Source of the DNA: Eledone cirrhosa
Taxonomy: Eukaryota
Reading direction: 5' to 3'
Assembly (NCBI GenBank): GCA_964016885.1
Contig: OZ024740.1
Location: 328,600,001 to 328,664,000 of the forward strand
Length of the DNA: 64,000 bases
Below are positions 1-13,100 of this stretch, one piece after another. The translations under genes and the position numbers were made by a program. The notes below the pieces were generated by a model. The model worked only from the letters and a program-made list of their open reading frames with translations, was not told the DNA's origin and ran no database searches. Position 1 is the first letter of the stretch. The number at the start of each line of letters is the position of its first letter.

Positions 1-399
1 TTGCAATTTCTTTTTCGCAATTGATTTCTGGGATGTTGCGATTTTCATAGTAATTTGTTCGTGTGGGGAGACTAAAGAAGGCAACTATTCAAGGTGGGGC
101 GGGAAAAATTCAGAGAAGAGGATAAAGTTATGTCTGTTAAATTGGAAAGTTCTAAGACTACACGAACACATCCTGGGGTTCATATCGACTGTGTAGTTGA
201 CGTGGGCGCTCCAGATCAGGCTGCTCTAGACGGACATATTAAGTTCTCTAGTGTTGTCAGCTGCCACGAAAATTCTTCCCGGGGTGGGGGTGGGGGGGGG
301 AGAATCGTCATCACCATCATCCTCAGTTTAAGTGTATCATCCTTTCTAAAGTCGATTAGCTTAAATTTTCCCTCCTTCAGCCACACATTGTATAACAGT

Positions 400-955
400 T
401 TATAGATCCGATTTAAAGTATCTCCGATCTTCTACTCTATTGTTGACCTTCCAAAGCTGAAGAGATATTTGCACAAATGCTCATTTTGCTGTGTTTGATG
501 GCATCGATGATATCAATATTGTAAATAATGATCTTGGTTGCACTACACAAAAATTTAGTTTCACCAGGAAACACTCAACCTTGGAGGGTTCTTTAACAGA
601 GTCCTGTGATAGATAATGTCAAAGGTTTTGCTGATGTGAAGATATATGACATTTGTGTAAGAGTCCACATCCTCAGTTTGCACAGAGAGTTCTATGAATG
701 TAGATGCAATCGTATCTGCATATCTGGTCCTGACTTCCTGATCCACCAATGCATCCCACTTTATCCTATAGGTTGACCCAAACCTGCCAGTTTTGAGAGC
801 TTCCTTGGCGTTATGTAGTCCCAAGTTGATGATTAGTTGATATCTCAGCCCCTCACTCAACACGAACAACTAGCACAGAATCGAAGACATCAGAGACAGT
901 AACAAAATCAATTATTGATCTGTCCCTGATTTCCCTCATACCATGTATATTAATG
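400..955 (-). pseudogene. Decayed LINE fragments: RTE-type APE endonuclease C-terminus abutting a CR1-like RT piece
   Basis: Minus-strand translation gives YTWY...RSIIDFVTVSD...VE*GAEISTNHQL (APE SDH region), then NVIYLHISKTFDIIYHRTLLK (resembles DVIYLDFSKAFD). Confidence 0.55.
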
Positions 956-1398
956 GTTGTATGTGTGTTGGACGAAGAGACTACATAGTATTACTTGACT
1001 TGTCAGGTAGGTTTGATGCCGCTGGGGGAAAATTATGTACTTGGTGGGGTTCAGTTGCTATTCCCTTTCGAAGTTGATCCCTTGTGCCTCCATACACACA
1101 GCCCAGTGACCCTTCTACTGCTTTAAGCATGTCTGAAATGATATTTTAAGGAAATGACAATTAGCTCCCTGTCAAAGCATTTTTGTCAGGTGGAGGACTT
1201 TCTCAATGACTGTCCTTGCTCATCTCTGTTCCCCCAAGACAAGGTAGAATAAATAAAACTAAATCAAATCGAAGAAAAGACAGAGGACAACAAATAGTCA
1301 GTAAGATCACAGAATGTGAGACGAAAGTGTTTTGACAATTAAAGACCGACTTGGTTATTAAACTAACCCAGGAATGGGTTAGTTACCTAACTAATAAT

Positions 1399-1612
1399 GG
1401 TTTCTTATATAGGCACAAGACCAGTAATTTGGGGGAGGGGAAAGTCGATTAAATCTACCCCAGTATGGTACTGGTGCTTTATTTTATCGACCCTGTAAGG
1501 ATGAAAGGCAAAGTTAACCTCGGCGGTATTTGAACTCAAACCATAAAAGACCGTAACTATGCTGCAAAGCATGGTGTCCGACGCTCTACCGATACTGCCA
1601 ATACACCGCCCT
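1399..1612 (-). mobile_element. tRNA-derived SINE, family 1
   Basis: B-box GAGTTCAAAT; central AACTTTGCCTTTCATCCTT..GGGGTCGATAAAATAAAGTACCAG block shared by more than 10 copies in the window; 16-bp TSD TTACCTAACTAATAAT. Confidence 0.85.
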
Positions 1613-2048
1613 CAATTACCTAACTAATAATAAACCTGTATTGAAACTCACCTGGTGTGTGTTTTTATTGGCAGTATGAGACTAGTTATGTGTGAGTACT
1701 ATGTCATTTATGTAATGGGGGTATAGTCATTGCAGAGTAATATAGAAACAACATGATGACTTCTGTCACTGCTTACTAATTTAATTTATGGGCAATGCAG
1801 TATGTTTTGGGGAGTAGGGTTGATTGTAATTTGTAGTTTGCATTTGCTTGGTTTGCAGATAGTTGAGGCATAATAGTTAGTTATGAAATATATCCGTGCA
1901 GAAATGGACTGCATGAGCGAGCCATAGTCATCTGACCCATCTAAGAGTATTGCGATTCCAAATAAGGACCAATTTGAATCATGACAGCCCATGTGATCTA
2001 CACCTGTATGGAAAGTGGGTTTAAAACGATAATGATTACAATAGGTAT

Positions 2049-4212
2049 CAGCAACAGGAGGTATTCAAGATTGCGAGGCAGTGTGTCAGAGATAGTTGTG
2101 ATGTCATTGGAGAGAAGTGTATCCGGAATGATAAAGGTGAGCTTGCCCTCACAAGTGCTGAGAAGAAAGATGCATGGAAGAGTCATTATGATAGATTACT
2201 AAATGAGGAGAATGCATGGGAAGAAGAGACCCTACCCCAAGTAGACCCTATAGAGGGACCAGCAGTACAAGTCAGCGGCAGCGTAGTAAGTAAGGCAATC
2301 AGAGATATGAAGATGGGGAAGGCAACCGGTCCATCGGGTATAGCTGCCGAGATGCTGAAGGCATCTGGGTCTGTAGGTCACACTATAACCACACGTATCG
2401 TTAACCAGGTAATACTAGAAGGGGCCATACCAAAAGATTGGTGCAGTAGCATCATTGTCAACTGCTACAAAGGCAAAGGCGACGCACTAGATAGAGGAAA
2501 CTATAGAGGTATAAAGTTGATGGACCAGGTCATGAAAGTAACAGAAAGAGTTATAGCACAGCTGATTAGGGACCGGGTGAATATAGACGAGATGCAATTT
2601 GGGTTTGTACCAGGAAGAGGCACCACTGATGCCCTCTTCCTTGTGAGGCAATTACAGGAAAAGTACCTAGCTAAAAGTAAGCCATTCTACCTGGCATTCG
2701 TCGATCTCGAGAAAGCCTTTGACAGAGTTCCACGTGCTGTAATATGGTGGGCTCTTAGAAAACTAGGAGTAGATGAATGGCTTGTGAAAGCGGTACAAGC
2801 CATGTATAGCGGAGCAGTCAGCAAAGTTAGGATTAGCAATGAGTATAGCGAGGAATTTAGCGTACAGGTTGGGGTCCACCAGGGCTCTGTTCTTAGCCCT
2901 CTCCTGTTCATCATAGTCCTGCAGGCAATAACGGAGGAATTTAAGACCGGATGCCCATGGGAACTCCTGTATGCTGATGACCTCGCACTCATAGCTGAAT
3001 CTATGATAGAACTAGAGAATAAATTCCAAACCTGGAAGCAGGGACTAGAGAGAAAGGGTCTCAAAGTCAACATGACAAAGACTAAGGTCCTTGTAAGTAG
3101 ACGAGAAAACAGAACCCAGATCCCCTCAGGGAAATGGCCTTGCTCAGTATGTAGGAAAGGTGTAGGTAGGAACTCCATTCTCTGCCCCAAATGCAAACAA
3201 TGGGTACACAAGAGATGTAGCGGGATCTCAGGAAGCTTAATTAAGAATGTAGGATTCACATGCAGCAAACAGCCACAGGAAACAAGTACCACCAATCTCT
3301 GGGAGGGCCCTGTAGAAACAGTAGACAGCTTCTGCTACCTAGGTGACCGAATTAGCAACGGAGGTGGGTGTTCAGAAAGTACAATAACTAGGGTAAGAAC
3401 GGGATGGAAGAAGTTTAGGGAACTACTACCACTGCTAGCTGCAAAAGGCTTCTCCCTCAGAATGAAAGGCAGACTGTATGATGCGTGTATCCGAACAGCG
3501 ATGTTGCATGGTAGTGAGACCTGGGCGCTGAAGGTGGAAGACTTACGTAGATTAGAGAGAAACGAAGCCTGCATGCTCCGATGGATGTGTAACAGTAATA
3601 TACGTGAACGACAAAGCATAAATGAATTGAGAGAGAGACTGAGCATAAGAGGAATCAAATGCTGTGTGCAGGAGAGGCGGTTGCGCTGGTATGGACATAT
3701 GATGCGTATGAAGGATGACAGCTGCATAAAAAGGTGCAGAGCACTAGTAGTTGATGGAAACCGCGGAGTGGGGAGACCCAAGATGACCTGGGATGAGGTG
3801 ATAAAAGCCGACCTTACCCAATTACACCTCTCAAAGACAATGACACACGACCGTGACTTCTGGCGTCACGCAGTAATACAGAGTACCCGACCTCCCATGG
3901 GTACATGCTGAAGCATATAAACAATATGCCCCCACACCCCCCACCACAAGGTGGTCGTGGAGGTGCCACGGCAAAAAAGCACCCAGCCCACACTGTAAAG
4001 TGGACGTGTAGGCGCCACGAAAAAGCACCCAGCACTCACTGTAAATGAGGTTGGTGTTAGGAAGGGCATCCAGCTGTAGAAATCAAGCCAGATCAGTTCC
4101 TGTATGAGCAAGGCATGGTCAGCCGACCAGACACTGCACACAACAGGACAACCCGTCTAACCCATGCTAGCGTGGTAGAACGGACGTAAAACGGTGATGA
4201 TGATGATGATGA
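2049..4212 (+). mobile_element. 5'-truncated RTE-clade LINE, copy 1 (RT ORF 2307-3911, 3' UTR, (GAT)n tail)
   Basis: NYRGIKL, QFGF, FVDLEKAFD, GVHQGSVLSP, LYADD, YLG, HGSETW and RLRWYGH motifs; GATGATGAT tail; near-identical to 26035-28445. Confidence 0.93.
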
Positions 4213-4619
4213 ATATCAAGTCAATTTCCCCTGATTTGCTGATCTTGTTTCCCAAAAATGGCTTAATGAAGTAAAAGTATTATAATTCACTTGAAGTATC
4301 AAGCAATATAGAGAATGCAATTTGTTAAAGTTTAAGGTGTTCCTATCTAAATTTAAATCCTCCAACATAATTTTATATAAGTACATTCTATTATGCTATG
4401 TAACAAATACTATTCCTATTATGAAATAATTAGGAATTTTAGTAAATCCTTTGACATTCTTCATTGATTTGGTTAGAAATTTGGTAATGAAAGGGTTAAA
4501 GGTTAATAATAATGATAAAAATATGCTGAAATGTTGTTACCTTAGAAATATTTAATTTGTTCATATATTTGGAGTAAAATACTCCTTTACAAATATGCTA
4601 AGAGAGAGAGAATCATAGC

Positions 4620-4690
4620 AGAAAAAAAAACTAAAAAAAAAAAAAAAAAAAAAAAAACGGAACCAATCTTTTACGTCAAATCTCTTTATT
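4620..4690 (-). terminator. Candidate SART3 polyadenylation signal
   Basis: AATAAA on the minus strand (4685-4690) followed about 30 nt downstream by a long U-rich tract. Would imply a ~2.3 kb 3' UTR. No transcript evidence. Confidence 0.35.
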
Positions 4691-6966
4691 GTTTGATCAC
4701 ATGGAGACAAATAAAAAAAAAATAATAATCCCAAAACATGTGAATTGTTTGTTAAGGAAGACAAAAGATATTGACAAATTCTCGTTTTTTTCTTGTGATT
4801 TTTTTTCTTTTGTTTTAGTTCGATATTTCCACCGCAACAACAACAGGTGACAGAACAACAACAATGTAAGTACAAGGCTGGAGTCATAATAGTTTAGTAG
4901 TAAAGTTTTAAGGTGATAAAATAACTTCAGTGACTATGGCTTCAAAATTCTTGTGAGTGACTGACTGAACTGGAGACAGAAGTGGTTGGTTAATAAGAAC
5001 AGAACAGACAGAATGCTGTTTGACCGATTGTTGTTGTAGTTAATATGATATGAGGTAAGGTAATGACACAAAACTAACAACCATTGGTTGGGAGAGGATG
5101 TTGGAGATGAGCCATAACAATGTGACCACAACCAACAGAAAGACAAAGATATCAGTATGAACCATGTGACTCGGACAGAGAAAGAGAGAGAAAGAAAGAT
5201 TTAGTATCATCTATGACAATGTGACAGAGAGAGATTAGTATGAACCATATGACAGAGAGAGAGAGTTTTAGTATCAGTTATAACAATGGGACCATGACAG
5301 AAAACAAAGATATGCTGACAAAAAAGTAGGATGGCAGGGAGAACTAATCAAAACAAACAAACCACTCTAATAAAGCACATGTTCTATATACAATGTGATG
5401 AGAGAAAGAGAGAGACAGAGAGGAGGGTGGTGGCTGGGAATGTAGGAAAATAGTAATACCTTGAATACTGCATACGATCTTTGCCCCAGTTAATATTTGC
5501 TCAAAAAATATTCTGACATGTGTGTGCATGTGCATGCAGTTGAATAAGCACATCACATTTACTGATCAATCCATTTTGTTCTGACCACAAAATGTGAGAG
5601 TGACTACGATTTGGGTAAGCCTTGAAGATAAAGCTATAGGATAGATGAAGAGGGTTCCTTGTGGATGTTGAAATTTTGAAAGAAATGAAAAAAAAAGATG
5701 TAAGTAAACTTAAGCCAAGTAAGAAACCAAGTATTTTAGCAGAAATAGAAACTGATATACTCTAGAATTAGATTGAGAGTTTGTGTGATGGAAATCCAAA
5801 CAAAAATTGATCTGTTCATTCTGATCAAAAGATGGATTTGTATTAAAAAGACCCAAAGGGAGTGAAGGAGAGGTGAGCAAAGATAATAAAGAATAAAGGG
5901 AATGGAACGAAGTTTAAGAATCACTTGTGAGATAGAAAGACATAGAAAATGTTAGGGAACAATTTTAGAAGGTGAAAACAATAGCAAGTGAAGATGAAGA
6001 GGTACCGATGGAGTGGGTGGGGACTATAAAGAGAGCAAAATTTAAAACCAGAGTTATTGCTTATTAGGAAATTTTTATGGATGAACTTCCAGAAACCAAT
6101 GGGGGTTTCTTTAGTAAACAATAGAGAAGAAACAGCATACAGAATAGCAAGGTGGGAAAGTGGTCATAAATACCTGCAGTAAACCACAGACTACTACTAT
6201 ATGTAAACACACATAAAATATGAAAGATTAGCTGTCAAGGCTTAGGTGAGTGGAGATAGTAGTTGTAGTAGTTAGTAGTGGTGATGGTAGAAAGATACAG
6301 TGAAAAATAAATAGAAAAGTAACAAATAAAAAATGAGAGAGAAAGAGGGGGTAAAAATATAGCACAGAAGCTGGAGTGGAGTAGAGTAGGGGGCAACAAC
6401 AACAAAGAAAGAATTTAAGAGAAATGTAGAGGGGATCAACAGAAAGAGGAGGGAGTTAGTTTTCATATAGACACACTTTTTGAAAACAATAGAGATAGAT
6501 AGGGCAGGGAGTGGAGGTGAGGTGAAGATTGGAATGGAATGGAGGATTTCAAACATGAGTAAGAACAGGAGAACTCCTCCAGAAAAAAAAAGTCTGGTTT
6601 TGTTATATCATACACACACGCACACACAGAGCTAACATTTAGAATAAGGTGAAAGTGAGAGTGAGAAAGGGCAGATTGTAAAGTAATTTTGGTGTCTGTC
6701 ACAATGTGCGACATTATTTAGATTCAGGCTGAAGATATGGCAGTTGGAAAGTTCCGTCTTGTTTGAGACAGCCAGCTCTTCCAAGACTGCCACCACCCTT
6801 CAATATGATCATCACCCCCCCACTCCCATCGACTATTAACACTTCATACCAGCACCATCTAACCTGTGAGGTAAACCCAAGTGAGTGAGAATTTTCCACC
6901 CTTTCCTCAAAGCTGGCCTCCGACAACTCCCTCTCCCCTCTTTACCCAAACACCATTTCCATTCAG

Positions 6967-7171
6967 TTACCGTTTCAACAACATTTTGCGGAAGTCATCG
7001 TTACTCATGCCACTACCGGAGGAGGAGAGGGACTCTGTGGTTTCTTTTGCCGAGCTTGATGATTGCTCATTGGTGGAGTTGTTTCCATTGGAACTACTAC
7101 TGCTAGATGCAGTTTTTGTACGTTGCAGAGCACGAGGGACCAGTGAAACCATGGTGCGGGCTTTTCCACGA
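6967..7171 (-). CDS. SART3: SART3 last coding exon (RGKARTMVSLVPRAL...MSNDDFRKMLLKR*)
   Basis: CAG acceptor, Lsm-interaction motif, TAA stop. Confidence 0.93.
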
Positions 7172-10100
7172 CTGAAATGAAAAAAATAAAAAAACACAAT
7201 GTAATGAATTAATAAAATGAAACAGACAAAGACCATTTGAGTCCTATTTAAAATTCTGTCTTTTAATTGGAACAGATGTATACAACATGTAAAGTATACA
7301 ATAAGAGTTACATAGGTTGTTGATGAGATTGTCAAAGTTGTATAGATTACTTGATAAAGCTGGAAGGTTGCAGTTCTGTTAAATAGTTGCTTGTAATGAA
7401 CGATATAGGCAGCTCAAGGCAAACTAAAGTTGCATACATCTCATCATCATCATCGTTTAACGTCCATCTTCCGCGCTAGCATGGGTTAGATGGTTTTATT
7501 CCATTTGATGCGGGAATTGTCGGGAGACCATGTCTCGCTCACATGGAAGCGTCTGGCAGGTTTTCTTTTACAGCTGGATGCCCTTCCTAACACCAACCAC
7601 ATTTACAGTGTGGACCGTTGTGTCATCGACACAGTGGACGGAACGGGAGAGGGGTAGGGTGGGGGTGGTAGGGTGTGACGGGGTGTGGTAGGGTGTACTG
7701 TGAGTGAAGAGGTGCTTAATGACTGTAGATTTGTATGCAATGGTAGTCGGGTCTTCTGTACAACTGCATGGCACCAAAGGTCTTGATCCAGTGTCATTGT
7801 CTTAGAGCGGTATAGGTGGGCAGGTCAGTTTTTATCACCTCGTCCAAGGTTCTTCTTGGTCTACCCACTCCGCAGCTTCCATCAATTTTCATTCCAACTT
7901 ACAGTTGTCGTCCTTCATACACATCACATGTCCATACCAACGCAATCTCCTCTCCAGAACACATTTGCTACCTCTTATGCTTAGTCTCCCTCTTTGTTTA
8001 TGCTTCACCTTTCGCGCACATTACTATTACACATCCATCGGAGCATGCAAGCTTCATTTCTTTCTAATATACACAGGTCTTCAGTACACAATGCCCAAGC
8101 CTCATTACCATGTAATATCGCTGTTCGTATACATGCATCATACAATCTGCCTTTCATTTTTAGAGAAAAACCCCCTGTGGCCAACAGCAGTATTAGCTCT
8201 CTGAACTTTTGCCATCCTGTTCTAACTCTGGCTACTACACTTTCAGAGCAGCCTTCTCCAATGCTGATTTTGTCACCCAGGTAACAGACGGTGTCTACTA
8301 TTTCTATAGAACCAGCTGGGCAGTTGAAGGAGATATCATCCAGTGGGTCCTTGCTACTTACTTCACCTGAGCATCAGCCACATATAAAATCTACATTCTT
8401 AGATAGCTTACCTCTTACATCTTTTATGTACCCATATTTTGCATTTGTTTGGAACATAGAATGGAGTTTCTGCCTACTCCTTTCTTACACACTGAACATG
8501 GCCATTTCCCAGAGGGTACCGGTGACCTATTCTCCTTTCTGCATAGTAGAACCTTAGTCTTAGACAAGTTGACTCTAAGGCCTTTTGATTCAAGGCCATG
8601 CTTCCATGTTTGGAACTTCCTCTCTAATTCAGCCATAGATTCAGCTATGAGAGTTAGATCATCTGCATATAGAAGTTTCCATGGGCAACCAGTCTTAAAC
8701 CCCTCTGTTATAGCCTGTAGGTCAATAATAAACAGGAGGGGGCTAAGAACGGAGCTCTGGTGTACCCCTACCATTACGCTAAATTCATCACTATATTCTT
8801 CGTTAATTCTAACCTTGCTGACTGTTCCTCTATACATGGATTTTAATTTAGGCACAAAGTTAGCAATTTGGTGGACAGGAAAATCAATTATATTGACCAC
8901 AATATTCGTTTGGAAAAGATGAAAGTCAAAGTTGACCGTGGCAGAATTTGAACACAGAATGTATAGAGCGATGACAAATACTCCAAACCTTATCTGAGGC
9001 TCTAATGACTCTGCCAATCCACCAATAATGATAATGATAAAACTAAATGAATATTAAAAATGAACAGCATAATGATATCCAAACTTACACTTCACTTTCT
9101 TTCTTTCCTCCACCTAATGTAGGAGTGAATGTAGTTGTAGACTGTAGAGGTCTTCGGTTGATAGGAGACTTCCTACTGGGGGGGTTACTGATTGAAACAG
9201 ATACAGTGTGCTCACCTATCATTAAGCCATCAGTTTTAAGAACTGCTTTGGCAGCATCAGCCTGGAAATAAAAAAAAATAAATACAAAACAGGTTTTATC
9301 AGATATAGGTAGGATATCTAAGTTATTAAAGAAATTACAAACAAAAAATAAGTAACATTATTTCACCAATAGAATCATAAGCAATTAAATATGTAAATGA
9401 AAAATTGACATCGTAATATACTTCCTTCTTTATATAATTGATGACAAACAAAGCTACCCTGACTAAGCAATTAAAAGAATTACTATAATAAAGACATAGA
9501 GATGCTGTATTTTCTCGTAACCCTTGAGTTCAACTTTTCTTTAGGATGTGGAAAAAACAACTGGGCATTACTCCAGTATTCAGCTTATTACCAGTGACCT
9601 CCACAATCATATTAGTAATTCCTACTATTGGATGAGAATTATGATTCTGTTAATTGTGAATTAACAATAATAGCAATAATTTGAGTTAGTAACCCTCAAT
9701 AAATATGTAAACTGCTGAGCTTCTCTAAAGTTATAAGAGGACATTGAGACAAGCAAAGGAGTATCAAAGAATCAAATAACCAGGACAAAACCAATGGCAC
9801 CTGGGTATTTGGTGGCTAGTCAAGGATGTGAATGAATAATGGTGGTTGTGCCCAAAACTAGTTTACTGAAATTGTTCATTGGACTACAACTATGTTGGCA
9901 ACACCATCTTCATCATCATTTAACGTCTATTTTAAACGCTAGCATGGGTGGGACGCACTGACCCTTTGGGAGAGATCAGGTAAGAGGACAATGTTTCATC
10001 ACACACAGCTGAATTTGGCTTGGTTTCTACATCTGGATGCCCTTCCTAACGCCAACCACATTTACAGTGTGTGCTGAGAGCTTTTTGTTGTGACTCCTAC

Positions 10101-13100
10101 ACAACCACATTAGTGTGGACTGGACGCTTTTTGTCGTGACTCCTACACAAGCACTTTACAGTGAGGACAGGGCGCTTTTTGTCGAGATCACTGAGCGCGT
10201 CAGTGGTTATAATTGACCATATCAACCTGAGTAGTATTTCAATCTGGCACTTACTTTTGCAACCTCTATCAAATGGCTAAATCACATTTTGATGTAAAGG
10301 AATGTAGCTCAATACACCATCTTAAACTGGTATACACACTCACATACACAGTATCTGACCACTTAATGCCATTTAGAAGGCATTAGTCAAACACAGCTGT
10401 AGTAGAAATAAAGAAATGTTTGTAGAAAGATACTTACTGCATCTGCATATTCTACATAGGCCAAACCTTTTGGGGTACCGCTTCTATATGTGACGAGCCG
10501 GACATCTTTCAAGGCTCCATGCTAGATAGAAATAGAGGTAAATATAAGCTATATAATATTTACAGGGAAATTACATTCAGATACTCTCATTTTTAAACTA
10601 ATGTTAGATAGAAATAGAGAGAGACATGAACTTTATATATTTTTCTTTGGCTGGTAATCATTCACCAGTGGATAATTACCAGGTTCTCCTGGCAATACAT
10701 CACTACATACACTAGTAGGGCAGCGAGTATAGAGTCAGCTTGGTGAGATTGAGACAGTTGAGAGAGAAGTGAGAATAAAGGAGTCAGAGAAGGAGAGAGG
10801 GATTGAGAGAGTGAGAGAAGAGGAGTGAGGAAGAGTGAAGGAGAGAGAGAGGAAAAGAATGAGGAAGAGAGTGAGGAAGAGAGTGAGGAAGAGGAGTGAG
10901 AAAGAGAACGAGTGAGAAAGAGAACGAGTGAGAAAGAGAACGAGAGTGAGAGAGAACGAGAGTGAGAAAGAACGAGAGTGAGGAAGAGAACGAGGAAGAG
11001 AACGAGGAAGAGAACGAGGAAGAGAGTGAGGAAGAGAGTGAGGAAGAGAATGAGGAAGAGAATGAGGAAGAGAACGAGGAAGAGAACGAGTGAGGAAGAG
11101 AACGAGTGAGGAAGAGAACGAGTGAGGAAGAGAACGAGTGAGGAAGAGAACGAGAGTGAGGAAGAGAACGAGAGTGAGGAAGAGAACGAGAGTGAGGAAG
11201 AGAACGAGAGTGAGGAAGAGAACGAGAGTGAGGAAGAGAACGAGAGTGAGGAAGAGAACGAGAGTGAGGAAGAGAATGAGAGTGAGGAAGAGAAGGGGAG
11301 AGGCAAGTGAGTAAGAGAAGGGGAGAGGCGAGTGAGTAAGAGAAGGGGAGAGGCGAGTGAGTAAGAGAAGGGGAGAGGCGAGTGAGTAAGAGAAGGGGAG
11401 AGGCGAGTGAGTAAGAGAAGGGGAGAGGCGAGTGAGTAAGAGAAGGAGAGAGGCGAGTGAGGAAGAGAAGGGGAGAGGTGAGTGAGAAAGAGAAGGGGAG
11501 AGGCGAGTGAGGAAGAGAAGGGGAGAGGTGAGTGAGAAAGAGAAGGGGAGATGTGAGTGAGAAAGAGAAGGGGAGAGGTGAGTGAGAAAGAGAAGGGGAG
11601 AGGTGAGTGAGAAAGAGAAGGGGAGAGGCGAGTGAGGAAGAGAAGGGGAGAGGTGAGTGAGAAAGAGAAGGGGAGAGGTGAGTGAGAAAGAGAAGGGGAG
11701 AGGCAAGTGAGAAAGGGAAGGGGAGTGAAGAAGAGAAGGTGGTTGAATGAGAGAGTGAGTGAGAAGTATCTTACCTCTTTAAAAATAGTCTCCAAAGCAT
11801 CTTTTGAACATGTGAATGGTAAACCTTTGATAAACAACTTATTCTTCTCCATATCGGTGGAAAACTGAATATTAGATGACAATAACAATGACAATTTAAT
11901 AAAAGCTTTCCAATAAACCACAATGTTATAGAAATAGATAAATCTGTAGATGGAGAGGGTCTCGGTCAGTTGCAACAATGCATGTTCGATTAACAGAACA
12001 TCCTGCTCATGAAATTAATATACAAATAACAGAGTATGACACATGTAACCCTTTAGCATTTACATTACTCTACATTTACTATTATATTTTCATGGTGAAA
12101 GCTTTACCTCACATAATTATCTCACAGAATATCGAATCTATGAGATTTTGATATTATTTATTTTCATAACAATACCTTGACATCAGTATGAGCGGCCGGT
12201 TACAGCCAGTTTGAACAGAAAGAGGTGAGATAATTATGGCCAGATAAGGCCGGTTTAAATGCTAAATGTTTAATGTAATTCTCAGATATTCAATGTGACA
12301 AGGTGTAATAAAAGACTGGCTTTTCAATTATAGGTCAACTTAATGATGGGCTTCTAAACAGTTTCTATCTGCTCAATTTCTATCACAAGATTTAGGTTGA
12401 CCTGAGACTATGTCTAAGATGCCACACAGAGAGATCAAACTTCTTAAACCATTGGCCATGTTGTTGGTTAATGTGTGCACCACATATTCCACCAGTAAGG
12501 TGCTACCACCTCATTTCTATGGAATCCAACACCTTGATGGTGACATTTTCCACGTATGTTGCTGAAGAGGCAAATGAAAGGACACCTTTGATGAACTGAT
12601 CTGAGATTTGAAATGAGAGAGAGAGAGACTGCGTAATGAGAAAGAATAAACCAGCTCACCTTAAATTGATGTGTTTTTGTCACACTCCGATCCTCACATT
12701 TAGACACAAATATGGGTCGACCTTGAACCAGTTCTCGGTCCATTTTTAGAGCTTTCTCCAAAGAATTCTGTTGAAAATAACAACACAATGATGAGTAAAG
12801 AGTTTCATATTCTGATTTCAAATTCATATTACTAATTAACAATTCTCAATAGAAAGTTTTAATTCCTCTATCAAGCACTTGAATTCAATAAGCCATTAAT
12901 AATTATTGATGTTTATTCAAACTTTTAATACTAAACCACCTGACATTGTCTCGAGTTCTACTATACAAAGGTGTTTACTTTAACATGTTTACATTTATCT
13001 AAAAACATTCCATCATAATTTTATGTGAGAACCTTTAAGTTATGCAAACACCAGCTTAATAATAAGTAAGTTAGTTATTAAATTGTTGATTATTTTCAAA

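Noticed and set aside
2687-3781. Antisense ORFs over RTE copies (also 26434-27535 and 8449-8922)
   Set aside because: Shadow frames of RT coding sequence, repeated only because the elements are copies.
6960-6972. Alternative donor CG|GTAACT overlapping the SART3 stop
   Set aside because: The Lsm motif is normally terminal and no downstream coding exon was identified.
10900-11720. CRISPR-like array
   Set aside because: Eukaryotic intron with head-to-tail repeats and no unique spacers.
10662-11978. 438-aa and 323-aa ORFs (and the 62-aa SEEENE ORF) as genes
   Set aside because: They are translations of the minisatellite; only 11775-11864 is a real exon.
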